DNA of 59,296 bases from a virus (Duplodnaviria > Caudoviricetes): IMG/VR virus record IMGVR_UViG_3300039171_000065, positions 1-59,296 of that record. One strand, written 5' to 3'. The stretch's first letter is position 1, and the number at the start of each line of letters is the position of its first letter. Positions 19,228 to 29,170 of the stretch are shown here, piece after piece. The notes beneath the pieces were generated by a model that worked only from the letters and a program-made list of their open reading frames with translations, was not told where the DNA came from and did no database searches. The translations under genes and the position numbers were made by a program.

Positions 19228-19619
19228 GTGAGGTAAAGAGCGTTTTTGATTTTGTGAACGATATAGGCTTTACAAAAGAATACCTATATACAGAACAAAC
19301 AAAATCTAAGTATGAATCGTTCATTGTTAATCGTGCAATGAGTCAACACCCTGATTCAATCATGTATGCTAATGAGATGAATAAGTATCCTGAATTGAAT
19401 AAGCTGTTGCAACACGATTTCTACTTCTATGTACTGAGTCGAAAGAAGCGATACGGAAAATGGGCCAAGGCAGACAAAGAAGATGAGGCTGTTTTGAATC
19501 TCATTATAAAGCATTACAAGGTAAATCGAGTTCACGCAAAACAGTACCTTGAACTGATGACCGATGAAAACATCAAAGCACTAAAAAATACATATGAAGT
19601 TGGGGGATTGAAGAAATGA
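19224..19619 (+). CDS. gp62: Clamp loader small subunit
   Basis: FIVNRAMS.HPD...ANEMN, RKKRYGKW, terminal GG. Confidence 0.92.
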   Translation: MSEVKSVFDFVNDIGFTKEYLYTEQTKSKYESFIVNRAMSQHPDSIMYANEMNKYPELNKLLQHDFYFYVLSRKKRYGKWAKADKEDEAVLNLIIKHYKVNRVHAKQYLELMTDENIKALKNTYEVGGLKK

Positions 19620-20026
19620 GTCATATTGAATCAGTGATCAATAACATGGTAGAAATTGAAGTAGATGGTGATGACGGGTTTCGAAAAGTAAAAGAAACCT
19701 TGACACGAATGGGTGTCCCTGCTAAGAATGAAAAGAAGCTGTTTCAAAGTGTTCACATTCTACATAAGCAAGGTAAATACTATCTCTGTCATTTCAAAGA
19801 ACTTTTTGGCTTGGATGGTCGCGAATCCACAATTTCAGAGGGGGATATTGCAAGGCGTAATCGAATTGTACAAATGATGGTTGACTGGGAACTGGTTAAG
19901 ATGGTTAGTGAGTCTGAACTAACACCCATGGGCAAATCATCAATGGTCAAGGTTATTAAGCACAGCGAAAAAGATGAATGGACAACATCACAGAAATATG
20001 CAATCGGTGTTAAAAAGCGTAGTTGA
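19616..20026 (+). CDS. regA: Translational repressor RegA
   Basis: KVKETLTRMG, LFQSVHILHKQGKYY..HFKELF.LDG, RRNRI. Confidence 0.96.
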   Translation: MSHIESVINNMVEIEVDGDDGFRKVKETLTRMGVPAKNEKKLFQSVHILHKQGKYYLCHFKELFGLDGRESTISEGDIARRNRIVQMMVDWELVKMVSESELTPMGKSSMVKVIKHSEKDEWTTSQKYAIGVKKRS

Positions 20027-20056
20027 AATATAATCAATATTGAGAGGTAGTGAAAA

Positions 20057-20443
20057 ATGTCTAAAGGTAGCAAGAAAACTAAGAGTGATTCAGATAAGCG
20101 GTACTTTGCAGCATACAATGACACCAAACAGCGTCAGAAGCGCCTAGACCGTCATTTGCGTAAGCACCCCAACGATGGGCAGGCTAAGAAAGCAAAGCCG
20201 GTATATCGTCGCAAAAAGCCTATGAACAAGGGTGGTTGGTTGAATCGTGAAATGGCAAACTCTGTGTACATTGGAAAGATTGCTGGTAAGGATGATAGCG
20301 CGATTAACATCCTCAACAGCCTGACCAAACAAACTCAGTTTGCAATGGCTAGGTATTCTGCTATGATTCGTGCCACACATAATAGATTCAGGTTTGAGAA
20401 ACAGGAAAAGAAAATCAATCCACTAACTGGTTATTCTGGTTGA
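20057..20443 (+). CDS. Basic hypothetical protein
   Basis: GAGGT RBS, K/R-rich; followed by terminator at 20449-20478. Confidence 0.7.
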   Translation: MSKGSKKTKSDSDKRYFAAYNDTKQRQKRLDRHLRKHPNDGQAKKAKPVYRRKKPMNKGGWLNREMANSVYIGKIAGKDDSAINILNSLTKQTQFAMARYSAMIRATHNRFRFEKQEKKINPLTGYSG

Positions 20444-20499
20444 ATGCTAGAGGGGTTTAATCACCCCTCTTTTTTTACTTTTTACACGGAGAAGAATTG

Positions 20500-21807
20500 A
20501 TGTCTATAGAATTGTTTAATGAGAAACAAAGACTTGCGTATGATCTTGTTACATCTGGTAAGAACGTTCATTTGGGTGGTCTTGGTGGTACAGGAAAGTC
20601 TTATGTATTGAATGTTCTTAGAGAGAATCTTGGCGAAAGAGCAGTTTTCTTAGCACCAACAGGTATCGCGGCTCTTAATATCAAAGGCGCTACAATCCAC
20701 AGTACGTTTGGTATACCTATTGGTGTATGTACAGAATATCTACGTAATCAAGTGTCAAAGAAAACAAAAGAGCTTTTTGAAGATGACTTGATTAAGACAA
20801 TTGTGTGTGACGAGATTTCTATGGTTCGGGCTGATGTTTTTTCTGCTATGGATCAAAAGCTTAGATTGATTAAGAGGAAGAATATACCGTTCGGTGGTGT
20901 GCAGATCATAGCCGTTGGTGATTTTGGTCAGTTGTCACCAGTTGTTAATAATAGAGGTGGTGAAGCAGATGTATTTAATCAAGAATTTAGCTCCCCGTTT
21001 TGCTTTACCACAGATGCATGGTCTGCCGCAAACTTAACACATATCGAACTTACAGATATCATTCGACAAACGGATGCAGAGTTAATTGGTCATTTGCAAA
21101 ATATACACTCTAAATTTGATGGGTACAAAGCTAGTCTTAACTACTTCAATGATAACTGTTTGTTAGATTACAAAATGAAGAAGGGAGTTGACCCAGATGA
21201 TATTGAAGATGGTGCTACATTCTTAACAACCACCAACAAAGACGCACAGGCTATCAATGAACAGGCTTACTCGTCACTTGAGGGGGTAGAGCAGGTTTAT
21301 AAAGGAACCTTGTTTGGGGGCTTTAGAGAGCGTCCTGCACCAGATTACTTAGCACTGAAAGTTGGTACTAAGGTTATGATCACAGCCAATGATCAATCTT
21401 ATAGAAATGGTGAGATTGGTTATGTATCAGAAATGGGCAAAACGTTCATTGAAGTAATGATTGATGAAGATACCGTACACAGAGTTATTCCCTATCGTTG
21501 GGCTGAATTTGAGTATAAGCGCAATGCAGAGGGTAATTTATACATGGAAGAAAAAGCAAGTTATATTCAGTTCCCTATTAAGCATGGATATGCAATCACA
21601 ATACATAAGAGCCAAGGATGCACACTTGAGAAAGCTATCATCAACATTCCAAGGGCATTTGCTCACGGTATGACGTATGTTGCACTTTCTAGGGTTAAGA
21701 CTTTGGAAGGCATTACACTCACAACTAAGCTTGCTCCTAGTGATATCATTTTTGATAAACAAGTTGGTGAATTTTACGCTGGAAAGTTCAACAACCTACT
21801 TACATAA
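20500..21807 (+). CDS. SF1B Pif1/RecD-like DNA helicase
   Basis: GLGGTGKS, APTGIAA, DEISMV, GDFGQLSPV, TIHKSQG, YVALSR. Confidence 0.93.
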   Translation: MSIELFNEKQRLAYDLVTSGKNVHLGGLGGTGKSYVLNVLRENLGERAVFLAPTGIAALNIKGATIHSTFGIPIGVCTEYLRNQVSKKTKELFEDDLIKTIVCDEISMVRADVFSAMDQKLRLIKRKNIPFGGVQIIAVGDFGQLSPVVNNRGGEADVFNQEFSSPFCFTTDAWSAANLTHIELTDIIRQTDAELIGHLQNIHSKFDGYKASLNYFNDNCLLDYKMKKGVDPDDIEDGATFLTTTNKDAQAINEQAYSSLEGVEQVYKGTLFGGFRERPAPDYLALKVGTKVMITANDQSYRNGEIGYVSEMGKTFIEVMIDEDTVHRVIPYRWAEFEYKRNAEGNLYMEEKASYIQFPIKHGYAITIHKSQGCTLEKAIINIPRAFAHGMTYVALSRVKTLEGITLTTKLAPSDIIFDKQVGEFYAGKFNNLLT

Positions 21808-21843
21808 ATAGTCTATACACAAATACTAAAATGGGGTTTCGCA

Positions 21844-22368
21844 ATGTTAACACTAACTGAGTACGTAGAATCTGATCACTGGATCAATAAAGTTGATGAA
21901 CAAATAGTTGAGATGACTGAGGGATACAGTCTAAGTTTTGATCAAAAAACATGCAAGACAGTTGTTCAGTTGTTTGATTCCGCAGATAAAATGGTCGTAG
22001 AGTGTAGTTTCGATAATTCAGAAATGGCGATTGCTCTTTTGGAAGAGTATTTTGACCTTGATGAAGGCGATCAAAATTGGAATGATAGCTATGACTGGGT
22101 AACATGTTCCAGAACAGTAATAGATGAGGCTCTTGAGTCTGTTGAGAAGTACATCCAACGTAATGCTGATGAATATCAGGTTCGGATTGACCATATCGAC
22201 AACGATGCATTCTTTGATGACTTGATGGGGATTGAAATTTTCTTTAATTCATCAAACAACAAGAATGACCTAAGTGCATTCATCAAAGAACTTAGTTACG
22301 ATATGATGAAAACATACGGCGCTCAGTCTTATGACTTTGATGGAATGAGTTGGAAAATCGCTCTTTAA
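21844..22368 (+). CDS. Acidic late hypothetical protein
   Basis: CATAAATA at 21803-21810; MLTLTEYVE start. Confidence 0.7.
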   Translation: MLTLTEYVESDHWINKVDEQIVEMTEGYSLSFDQKTCKTVVQLFDSADKMVVECSFDNSEMAIALLEEYFDLDEGDQNWNDSYDWVTCSRTVIDEALESVEKYIQRNADEYQVRIDHIDNDAFFDDLMGIEIFFNSSNNKNDLSAFIKELSYDMMKTYGAQSYDFDGMSWKIAL

Positions 22369-22391
22369 ACATAAATACAAAAATTAAACCA

Positions 22392-22430
22392 AAGGGATGC
22401 TTGCGAGTATCCCTTTTTTTGTGGTAGAAT
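22392..22430 (+). promoter_or_regulatory. Terminator hairpin overlapping a sigma70 promoter upstream of gp43
   Basis: AAGGGAT...ATCCCTT stem plus T-run; TTGCGA-18-TAGAAT. Confidence 0.7.
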
Positions 22431-22464
22431 ATATAAGTTATTAAGTCTAACTAGAGGTAATATT

Positions 22465-25026
22465 TTGAGCGATAACATGTTTTACACATTTTACAAAAAG
22501 CGCGGTAGCAAGATTCTTCTTCGATACGTCAAAAATGGGAAGAAATACGTAACTACTATGGATGACTACAAACCAAGCTTATACTTCCCTAATCAACAAA
22601 CGGATACAGATGATGAGGATGTCACCAAATCCATCTATGGCGAACCACTAAAGAAGAAAACATTTGACTCTATCAAAGATGCTGCATATTTCGGTAAAGA
22701 TTACGCAGAGATGGGTGGTTCTGTTATCTATGGTAATCGCTTGTTTGAGAATCAGGCTATCATAGAGATGTTTGAGGGGCAAACGCCACAATTCAAACGT
22801 GACCAAATTGATATTGGTATTACTGACATTGAAACCGATTATGATACATTCCCAAATCCACAAGAATGTAAGTATCAGATTCAACAGATCAACATTAAGA
22901 ACACTCGGGAACAATTTCACTATTCGTTTGGCTTGAAATCCTTTGATCAATCTAAATACGCGAACATTACAAAAACGTGTAAAGTAGTTCATACTCAGTT
23001 TGATACAGAAGAGGCTATGGTAGAAGCCTATATTCGTCACGTAGAAGATAAGAAATACGACTTAACCACTGGCTGGAACAGCGAAGATTTTGATATGCCA
23101 TATATCATTGAGCGCGGGCGCAAGATTCTAGGAAAGGCTATGGTGAATAGGTTATCTCCGTTCGGTTTGATCTATGAACGGGAAACCATGAACCAATGGA
23201 ATAATCCTATTATCAAGTATGAGATTGTAGGGCTTCCACACCTCGACTACATGCTTGTTTATAAAAAGCATACCTACACCCCTAGAGAGAACTACAAGCT
23301 TGATACAATAGCTCAGGTAGAGGGTGTGGCGGGTAAAACAGACTTCTCACACGTTGCAGGTAGTTTGAAAGATTTGTGGCAAGTTGATCCTGATCTTTAC
23401 ATTGCCTACAACATTCAGGATTGCGAAATCATTGATGATCTGGATAAGAAGCTTGGTTTGTTTGATCTGGTGTTTACGTTGGCATATACAACATTGTCAA
23501 ATTATCAAGACACAATAACAACCACTAAAATGTGGGAACAGTTTATTGCCAAGCATTTGTATAACAAGAATGTTGCTCCCTTGTTCAATCAGGTAGATAC
23601 ACCGGTACGCGAGTTTGAAGGGGCGTTTGTACACCCTACACAAGCGGGAAAGCATGATTGGGTTGTGAGCTATGACTTACAAAGCCTGTATCCTCACATT
23701 ATACAACAGGTCAACATCGGGCCTGAAACTATCGTAAATTATCGTGATCTTCCAGACGAAGTTAAAGGAATTGTTCACCCATCCAATAATGTTGAAAAGT
23801 TGTTGAATCGCCAAATCAATACAAGTGTTCTGAAAAAGTACAATCTTTCAATGGCGGCTAATGGAATATTCTATACAAAAGAGAAGCAATCATTTTTATC
23901 AGAATTAATGGAAGAAATGTATAATAACAGGGTAATGTATAAGAAGAAAAAGAAAGAAGCGGAAAATCTTCTTAAAGGTGGTGATGAGTCATATAGAGAC
24001 TTAGTAAATTACTATGAAAATCAACAAATGGGAATAAAAATCCTCATCAACGCTTTGTACGGCAGTCTTGGCCAACAAAACTTCTTATACTTTATGGTTG
24101 ATACCGCTGAATCAATTACTACCACTGGACAAATTGTGAACAAGTGGTGTTCGTACCAAACAAACGAATTTCTGTGTGACCTGTTTAAGAAAAAGGAAAA
24201 TTATATAGTAAGTGGAGATACTGACTCGGCATATTTTTCATTATCATCACTTGGAAATAATCTTATGAAGAAATATGATGGTGACAAAGACAAAGTAGTA
24301 ACAAAAATTGACGAATTTAGTGCTATCATAGAAAAAAGACTAAAAGAACAATGTTTAGATTTAGCAGAATATTTGAACTCTTACAAACAGGCTATGCACT
24401 GGTCACGAGAAGTGATAGCTGAATCAGCCATTCTTGTTGCCAAAAAGCGTTACGTCATGAAAGTTCTTGACGATGAGGGCAACCGCGTGGTAGAAAATCC
24501 TAAGTATAAGATCATGGGAATGGAATCTGTGAAAGGCTCTACTCCGTCATGGGCCAAGTCTCTGTTGGTGGAATGTTACAAAATTGCTCTAAGTGGTAAT
24601 GAAACAGACCTACACAAGATGGTTGCTAAATTTGAAAAAGAGTTTTACACTTACAAAATCGAGGACATTGCAATCCCAACAGGTGTAAACAACATTCTCA
24701 AATACGCAGATAAAGACAAAATATTTGGTAAAGGATCACCACGACAAGTCAAGGCAGCACTAATCCATAACTGGGTTATTGAAAAGTACGGGCTAAAGGT
24801 AACACCTATTGTAAAAGATGGGTCACGTATTAGAATGGTTGCACTACGTAAACCGAATCCTATCAACCAAGCTGTGATAGGATTCGAGGGAACCATGCCA
24901 ACAGAATTTGGCCTTGATAAGTACGTAGACAAGCGAGAACTGTTTACAAAAGGGTTTCTTGATCCTCTGAATCTGTTTCTGGCAGTGACAGACTGGACAC
25001 ACGAAGAAACCAACACACTATTTTAA
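22465..25026 (+). CDS. gp43: Family B DNA polymerase
   Basis: DIET, GWNS..FD, YN..D exonuclease motifs; DLQSLYP, KILINALYG, GDTDS, KKRY. Confidence 0.98.
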   Translation: MSDNMFYTFYKKRGSKILLRYVKNGKKYVTTMDDYKPSLYFPNQQTDTDDEDVTKSIYGEPLKKKTFDSIKDAAYFGKDYAEMGGSVIYGNRLFENQAIIEMFEGQTPQFKRDQIDIGITDIETDYDTFPNPQECKYQIQQINIKNTREQFHYSFGLKSFDQSKYANITKTCKVVHTQFDTEEAMVEAYIRHVEDKKYDLTTGWNSEDFDMPYIIERGRKILGKAMVNRLSPFGLIYERETMNQWNNPIIKYEIVGLPHLDYMLVYKKHTYTPRENYKLDTIAQVEGVAGKTDFSHVAGSLKDLWQVDPDLYIAYNIQDCEIIDDLDKKLGLFDLVFTLAYTTLSNYQDTITTTKMWEQFIAKHLYNKNVAPLFNQVDTPVREFEGAFVHPTQAGKHDWVVSYDLQSLYPHIIQQVNIGPETIVNYRDLPDEVKGIVHPSNNVEKLLNRQINTSVLKKYNLSMAANGIFYTKEKQSFLSELMEEMYNNRVMYKKKKKEAENLLKGGDESYRDLVNYYENQQMGIKILINALYGSLGQQNFLYFMVDTAESITTTGQIVNKWCSYQTNEFLCDLFKKKENYIVSGDTDSAYFSLSSLGNNLMKKYDGDKDKVVTKIDEFSAIIEKRLKEQCLDLAEYLNSYKQAMHWSREVIAESAILVAKKRYVMKVLDDEGNRVVENPKYKIMGMESVKGSTPSWAKSLLVECYKIALSGNETDLHKMVAKFEKEFYTYKIEDIAIPTGVNNILKYADKDKIFGKGSPRQVKAALIHNWVIEKYGLKVTPIVKDGSRIRMVALRKPNPINQAVIGFEGTMPTEFGLDKYVDKRELFTKGFLDPLNLFLAVTDWTHEETNTLF

Positions 25027-25035
25027 GGGTATAAA

Positions 25036-25788
25036 ATGAATTTAATGTTAGGCGATTGCCTTGAGCGCATGAAAGAGATACAGGATGGGTCTGTTGATTT
25101 AACAGTTACCAGCCCGCCATACGACAATCTGCGAACCTACAACGGCAACAACGACCAGTGGGGTGAGCATGTATGGAAGGCTGTTATAGCCGAGCTTTAC
25201 CGTGTCACTAAAACGGGTGGTGTTGTTGTCTGGGTTGTTGGAGACGCAACCGTAAAAGGAAGCGAGACGGGGACAAGTTTTAAACAGGCGTTATGGGCTA
25301 TGGAGTGCGGTTTTAGGATGGAGACAATGATTTGGGAAAAAACGGGAAGCGGATGCCTTGGGAGTAATAGTTACTATTCTCAGAATTTCGAGTTCGTTTT
25401 TATTTTTTGCAAAGGAGCGCCTAAGCATGGCAGCTTAATTAAAGACCGAGAAAACAAAGTAAAGTCTGGAATGGTTAAGGTAAATTCAAAGATTAACAAA
25501 GAAGGCGGAAGCGTGTCTCGAATAGTTGAGAGAAAACCGTTCGGGAAACGCGGCAATATATGGCGGATTGACCCACAAAAGAACAGCGAACACCCCGCGC
25601 CATTTCCTGAATCCTTGGCGCATGATCACATCATATCTTGGAGCAACGAAGGCGACACTGTGCTAGACACATTTATGGGCAGCGGCACAACCGGCGTGGC
25701 AGCAAAGAACCTTGGCCGAAAGTTTATAGGCATTGAGTTAGACCAAGGTTATTTTGACATAGCAGTTAAGCGCATAGGAGAGGCATAG
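25036..25788 (+). CDS. Amino-DNA methyltransferase (beta class, probably N4-C), copy 1
   Basis: VTSPPY, HPAPFP, VLDTFMGSGTT, GIEL. Confidence 0.92.
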   Translation: MNLMLGDCLERMKEIQDGSVDLTVTSPPYDNLRTYNGNNDQWGEHVWKAVIAELYRVTKTGGVVVWVVGDATVKGSETGTSFKQALWAMECGFRMETMIWEKTGSGCLGSNSYYSQNFEFVFIFCKGAPKHGSLIKDRENKVKSGMVKVNSKINKEGGSVSRIVERKPFGKRGNIWRIDPQKNSEHPAPFPESLAHDHIISWSNEGDTVLDTFMGSGTTGVAAKNLGRKFIGIELDQGYFDIAVKRIGEA

Positions 25789-25789
25789 C

Positions 25790-26596
25790 ATGGCTGATCT
25801 TATGCATGGCGATTGCCTAGAGTGGATGAAAGAAATAGCGGATGGCAGCGTTGACCTAACAGTGACCAGCCCGCCGTATGACAACCTGAGAACTTACAAC
25901 GGCAATAACAACCAATGGGGTGAGCATGTATGGCAGGCAGTAATCGCTGACCTGTACCGAGTCACGAAGGATGGTGGCGTTGTCGTGTGGGTTGTCGGAG
26001 ATGCCACTGTGAAAGGAAGCGAAACTGGGAATAGCTTTAAACAAGCGTTGTGGGCTATGACGTGCGGTTTTAATTTGCATGACACGATGATTTGGAATAA
26101 AGGAAACTTTACAGCGGTTGGTTCCTTAAATACTAGATACGCGCCTGTATTTGAATATATGTTTGTTTTTACAAAAGGAAAGCCGAATACTTTTATTCCA
26201 ATAAAGGACAGGAAAAACAAACATTATGGACAAAAATATCATCAAACTGTTAGGCAAGCAGATGGAAATACAAAAGATGGGCACGGGAAAGGGAAAAAAC
26301 ACATTGCAGAATTTGGACAAAGACACAACGTATGGTTGCTTTTCCCAGAACAAAGCAACAACAAAAGATGTCACCCGGCGCAATTTCCAGAACATTTAGC
26401 ACACGACCACATTATCTCTTGGAGCAACGAAGGCGACACTGTGCTAGACCCATTTATGGGCAGCGGAACAACCGGCGTAGCCTGTGTTAATCTTGATAGG
26501 AAATTTATCGGCATTGAGCTAGACAAAGATTATTTTGAAATAGCAGAGAAACGAATTAAAGAAGCACAAGATAAACGTGAAAGTCAATTATTTTAA
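25790..26596 (+). CDS. Amino-DNA methyltransferase (beta class, probably N4-C), copy 2
   Basis: VTSPPY, HPAQFP, VLDPFMGSGTT, GIEL. Confidence 0.92.
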   Translation: MADLMHGDCLEWMKEIADGSVDLTVTSPPYDNLRTYNGNNNQWGEHVWQAVIADLYRVTKDGGVVVWVVGDATVKGSETGNSFKQALWAMTCGFNLHDTMIWNKGNFTAVGSLNTRYAPVFEYMFVFTKGKPNTFIPIKDRKNKHYGQKYHQTVRQADGNTKDGHGKGKKHIAEFGQRHNVWLLFPEQSNNKRCHPAQFPEHLAHDHIISWSNEGDTVLDPFMGSGTTGVACVNLDRKFIGIELDKDYFEIAEKRIKEAQDKRESQLF

Positions 26597-26608
26597 AGAG
26601 GAAATATT

Positions 26609-27487
26609 ATGGATAGGGGTAATATATATATACCAAAACCAAAGAAAAAAGAACCAAAAGCAGTCTATGGAATCATGGGAAAGGCAGGGGCTGGAAAAGA
26701 TACATCTGCACAGATTATTAGAGATTATCTTGGAGATAATGAAACATACATCTATAGCTTTGCTGATCCACTGAAAGAAATGGTGGCGTATGTGTTTGAT
26801 ATTCCTATTGTTTGGATGTATGATCAAGACTTGAAAAAATGCGCTGTTAATGTGACACCATCCAATGTAGGTGTTAAAGAAAGGATGGCTGAATGGGTTC
26901 AAAAAAACATTGCTCAATCTAATAGGTGGAAGTGGCATTTGGCTAGGCCAGAATTGAGTAGGGGTTCTTATACCAAAAATAAGAGATTTGAAGAGGTGGC
27001 AGAAACTCTACTTAGCAAAACAGCATCCGTATTGAGTGATCTTATAGAAAAAGGTATTTTTAAAAAATACTTAGTAGAGGGTTACGGTAAAACATACAGA
27101 GTTTCTATTAGGCATATTTTGCAGTACATGGGAACCGAAGTAATCCGTGGGTGTGTTGATGAGCTTTTCTGGTGTGAGGTTAAGCGCGATCCTATTTTGT
27201 ATCAGGGGAAAACTCTGATCATCCCAGATTGTCGTTTTCAGTCTGAGGTTGATTACATCCTGACACAGCCTAATTCGAGTCTTTTTGTGGTGAAGAATAT
27301 TGATCTTGAATTTTTAGAAGATGGGCATTCATCCGAACAATTTGTCGATTGTATAGAGCAGTATGTTGCTAGGGTTCATCCAACAAAAACAATAACGTAC
27401 TTGTACAATAGTTTTGAGGATGGTAGTATGGAAGACTTAAAAATTCAAATTGAGGATATATACAAAAATGGTAACAATAATTCTTAA
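26609..27487 (+). CDS. Deoxynucleoside monophosphate kinase (gp1-like)
   Basis: GKAGAGKDT, SFADPLK, R.ILQYMGTE, IIPDCRF.SE, H.SE. Confidence 0.88.
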   Translation: MDRGNIYIPKPKKKEPKAVYGIMGKAGAGKDTSAQIIRDYLGDNETYIYSFADPLKEMVAYVFDIPIVWMYDQDLKKCAVNVTPSNVGVKERMAEWVQKNIAQSNRWKWHLARPELSRGSYTKNKRFEEVAETLLSKTASVLSDLIEKGIFKKYLVEGYGKTYRVSIRHILQYMGTEVIRGCVDELFWCEVKRDPILYQGKTLIIPDCRFQSEVDYILTQPNSSLFVVKNIDLEFLEDGHSSEQFVDCIEQYVARVHPTKTITYLYNSFEDGSMEDLKIQIEDIYKNGNNNS

Positions 27488-28019
27488 ATACACAGACTAC
27501 GGCGATGACGACACCAAAGAGTTTCGAGAATACACACAGAACCTAGTAGGGTATCGTGATGCGAGTGAATACAAAATTCGATTTGGTCTTGAAACTGACC
27601 CGATGTTCGACACAAAAGTAGTGTGTGAAATCTCAATTGATGATGAAGACTATGCGTTTGATGTAGTAAAGCACTTTATGCTTGATCGTGAAGTGAATGG
27701 GGACAGTGTACCATTTTCGATTGACGTAACATCTGTTGCTTTGTATGTAACAGGTAGTGATCAAATTATGAACTATATAACAAGCCGTTCCTTTTCGCAT
27801 CTATACGAACGAATTGAAATTCTGGAAGACTCGTTGCGAAATTCCATTAAAAAGTGTAACGAGGTTTCTCACCTACAAGAACAATCCTCTGCTTTCATTA
27901 AGTTGATGGGCATTGACAAGTTCCCTGACATTGTGAAACAATTGATAGACTCAATGGAAGCAGAAGGACATAACTGTAAGCAAGAAATTAATCAAATTCT
28001 ACAAAGGAAGGTTCACTAA
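27468..28019 (+). CDS. Hypothetical protein
   Basis: GAGGA RBS; fills the operon between the dNMP kinase and uvsX. Confidence 0.7.
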   Translation: MVTIILKYTDYGDDDTKEFREYTQNLVGYRDASEYKIRFGLETDPMFDTKVVCEISIDDEDYAFDVVKHFMLDREVNGDSVPFSIDVTSVALYVTGSDQIMNYITSRSFSHLYERIEILEDSLRNSIKKCNEVSHLQEQSSAFIKLMGIDKFPDIVKQLIDSMEAEGHNCKQEINQILQRKVH

Positions 28020-29108
28020 ATGAGTTTAGCAGATAGACTATTAAAAGCTGGCGCAAAAGGTAACAGCGCCAGCATGTTAAAGAAATCAAGGTTTTTTAAT
28101 GATGACATTGGTATCCCTACCAGCGTATATTCTCTAAATATTGCTCTTAGCGGATCAATTCACGGTGGAATCTTGCCGGGGGTTGGGGTTATTGCAGGCC
28201 CATCAAAACACTTCAAATCTAACTTGAGCTTAGAAATTGTTAGTAGTTACATGAAAGAACACAAAGAATCTATTTGTATATTCTATGATTCTGAGTTTGG
28301 TACAAAAAAAGGTTACTTTGAAAAGTCTGGTGTTGACGAAGATCGAGTTATCCATGTACCAATCACTGATATCGAAGAATTGACATTTGACGTTGCTCAA
28401 AAGCTAAAAGAAATTGAAGAATCTGATAAGGTCATCATTCTGATTGACTCGGTTGGTAATCTGGCATCAAAGAAAGAAGTAGCAGATGCAGAGGGCGAAA
28501 ACTCTGCAATGGACATGACTCGCGCAAAGAAACTGAAAGGGTTCTTTCGTATTGTGACGCCAAAGCTTCATATGAAATTTATTCCTATGATTTGCATCGC
28601 CCACGTATACCAAACTCAGGAAATGTATAGTAAAACTATCATTAGTGGTGGTACTGGCATTCAGTATTCTTCTGATTGGGCTTTGATTGTTGGTCGCAGA
28701 CAAGTTAAAGACGAAAAAACCAAAGAAATGCTTGGGTATGATTTCATCCTGAATTCAGAAAAGTCTCGTTTCATCAAAGAAAAGTCTGCGCTGGTCTATG
28801 CAGCCACGTATGCAGACGGTGTAGACCCCTATGGCGGGCTTTTAGATGTCGCCTTGCTAACCGGTCACGTTACCAAACCAAAGAAAGGATTTTACTCTAG
28901 GCCCGCTGTAGAGGAAGACAAGAATTGGCGCAGGAAAGAATCATCATGTGATGAGTTCTGGAAACCTATCATTGATGATCCAAGTTTTGATAAAGCGGTA
29001 GGTGAATTGTATCTTCTGAGTGCTGGTGGGAGCAAAACCGTTGATTCTGCATTGTTGGAAGCAATTGGAGAAGGGGTTGACCCACACACAGGTGAGTTGG
29101 TAGAATAG
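28020..29108 (+). CDS. uvsX: RecA-like recombinase UvsX
   Basis: LNIALSG, AGPSKHFKS, FYDSEFG, DSVGNLAS.KE, DMTRAK, SGGTG. Confidence 0.96.
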   Translation: MSLADRLLKAGAKGNSASMLKKSRFFNDDIGIPTSVYSLNIALSGSIHGGILPGVGVIAGPSKHFKSNLSLEIVSSYMKEHKESICIFYDSEFGTKKGYFEKSGVDEDRVIHVPITDIEELTFDVAQKLKEIEESDKVIILIDSVGNLASKKEVADAEGENSAMDMTRAKKLKGFFRIVTPKLHMKFIPMICIAHVYQTQEMYSKTIISGGTGIQYSSDWALIVGRRQVKDEKTKEMLGYDFILNSEKSRFIKEKSALVYAATYADGVDPYGGLLDVALLTGHVTKPKKGFYSRPAVEEDKNWRRKESSCDEFWKPIIDDPSFDKAVGELYLLSAGGSKTVDSALLEAIGEGVDPHTGELVE

Positions 29109-29170
29109 TTCTCATTATCAGTGTGGCAGGAATCATCTTGCCACACAAAACCAACTACACAGAGGGTTAG

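Noticed and set aside
22465-25026. Intron or intein in gp43 (also checked nrdA, nrdB, thyA, uvsX, gp41)
   Set aside because: Frames are continuous, lengths are normal and no intein-like insertions were seen
29120-29147. Hairpin between uvsX and gp41 as a terminator or ncRNA
   Set aside because: Good stem (GTGTGGCAGG/CTTGCCACAC) but no plus-strand T-tail and no other support; function cannot be assigned
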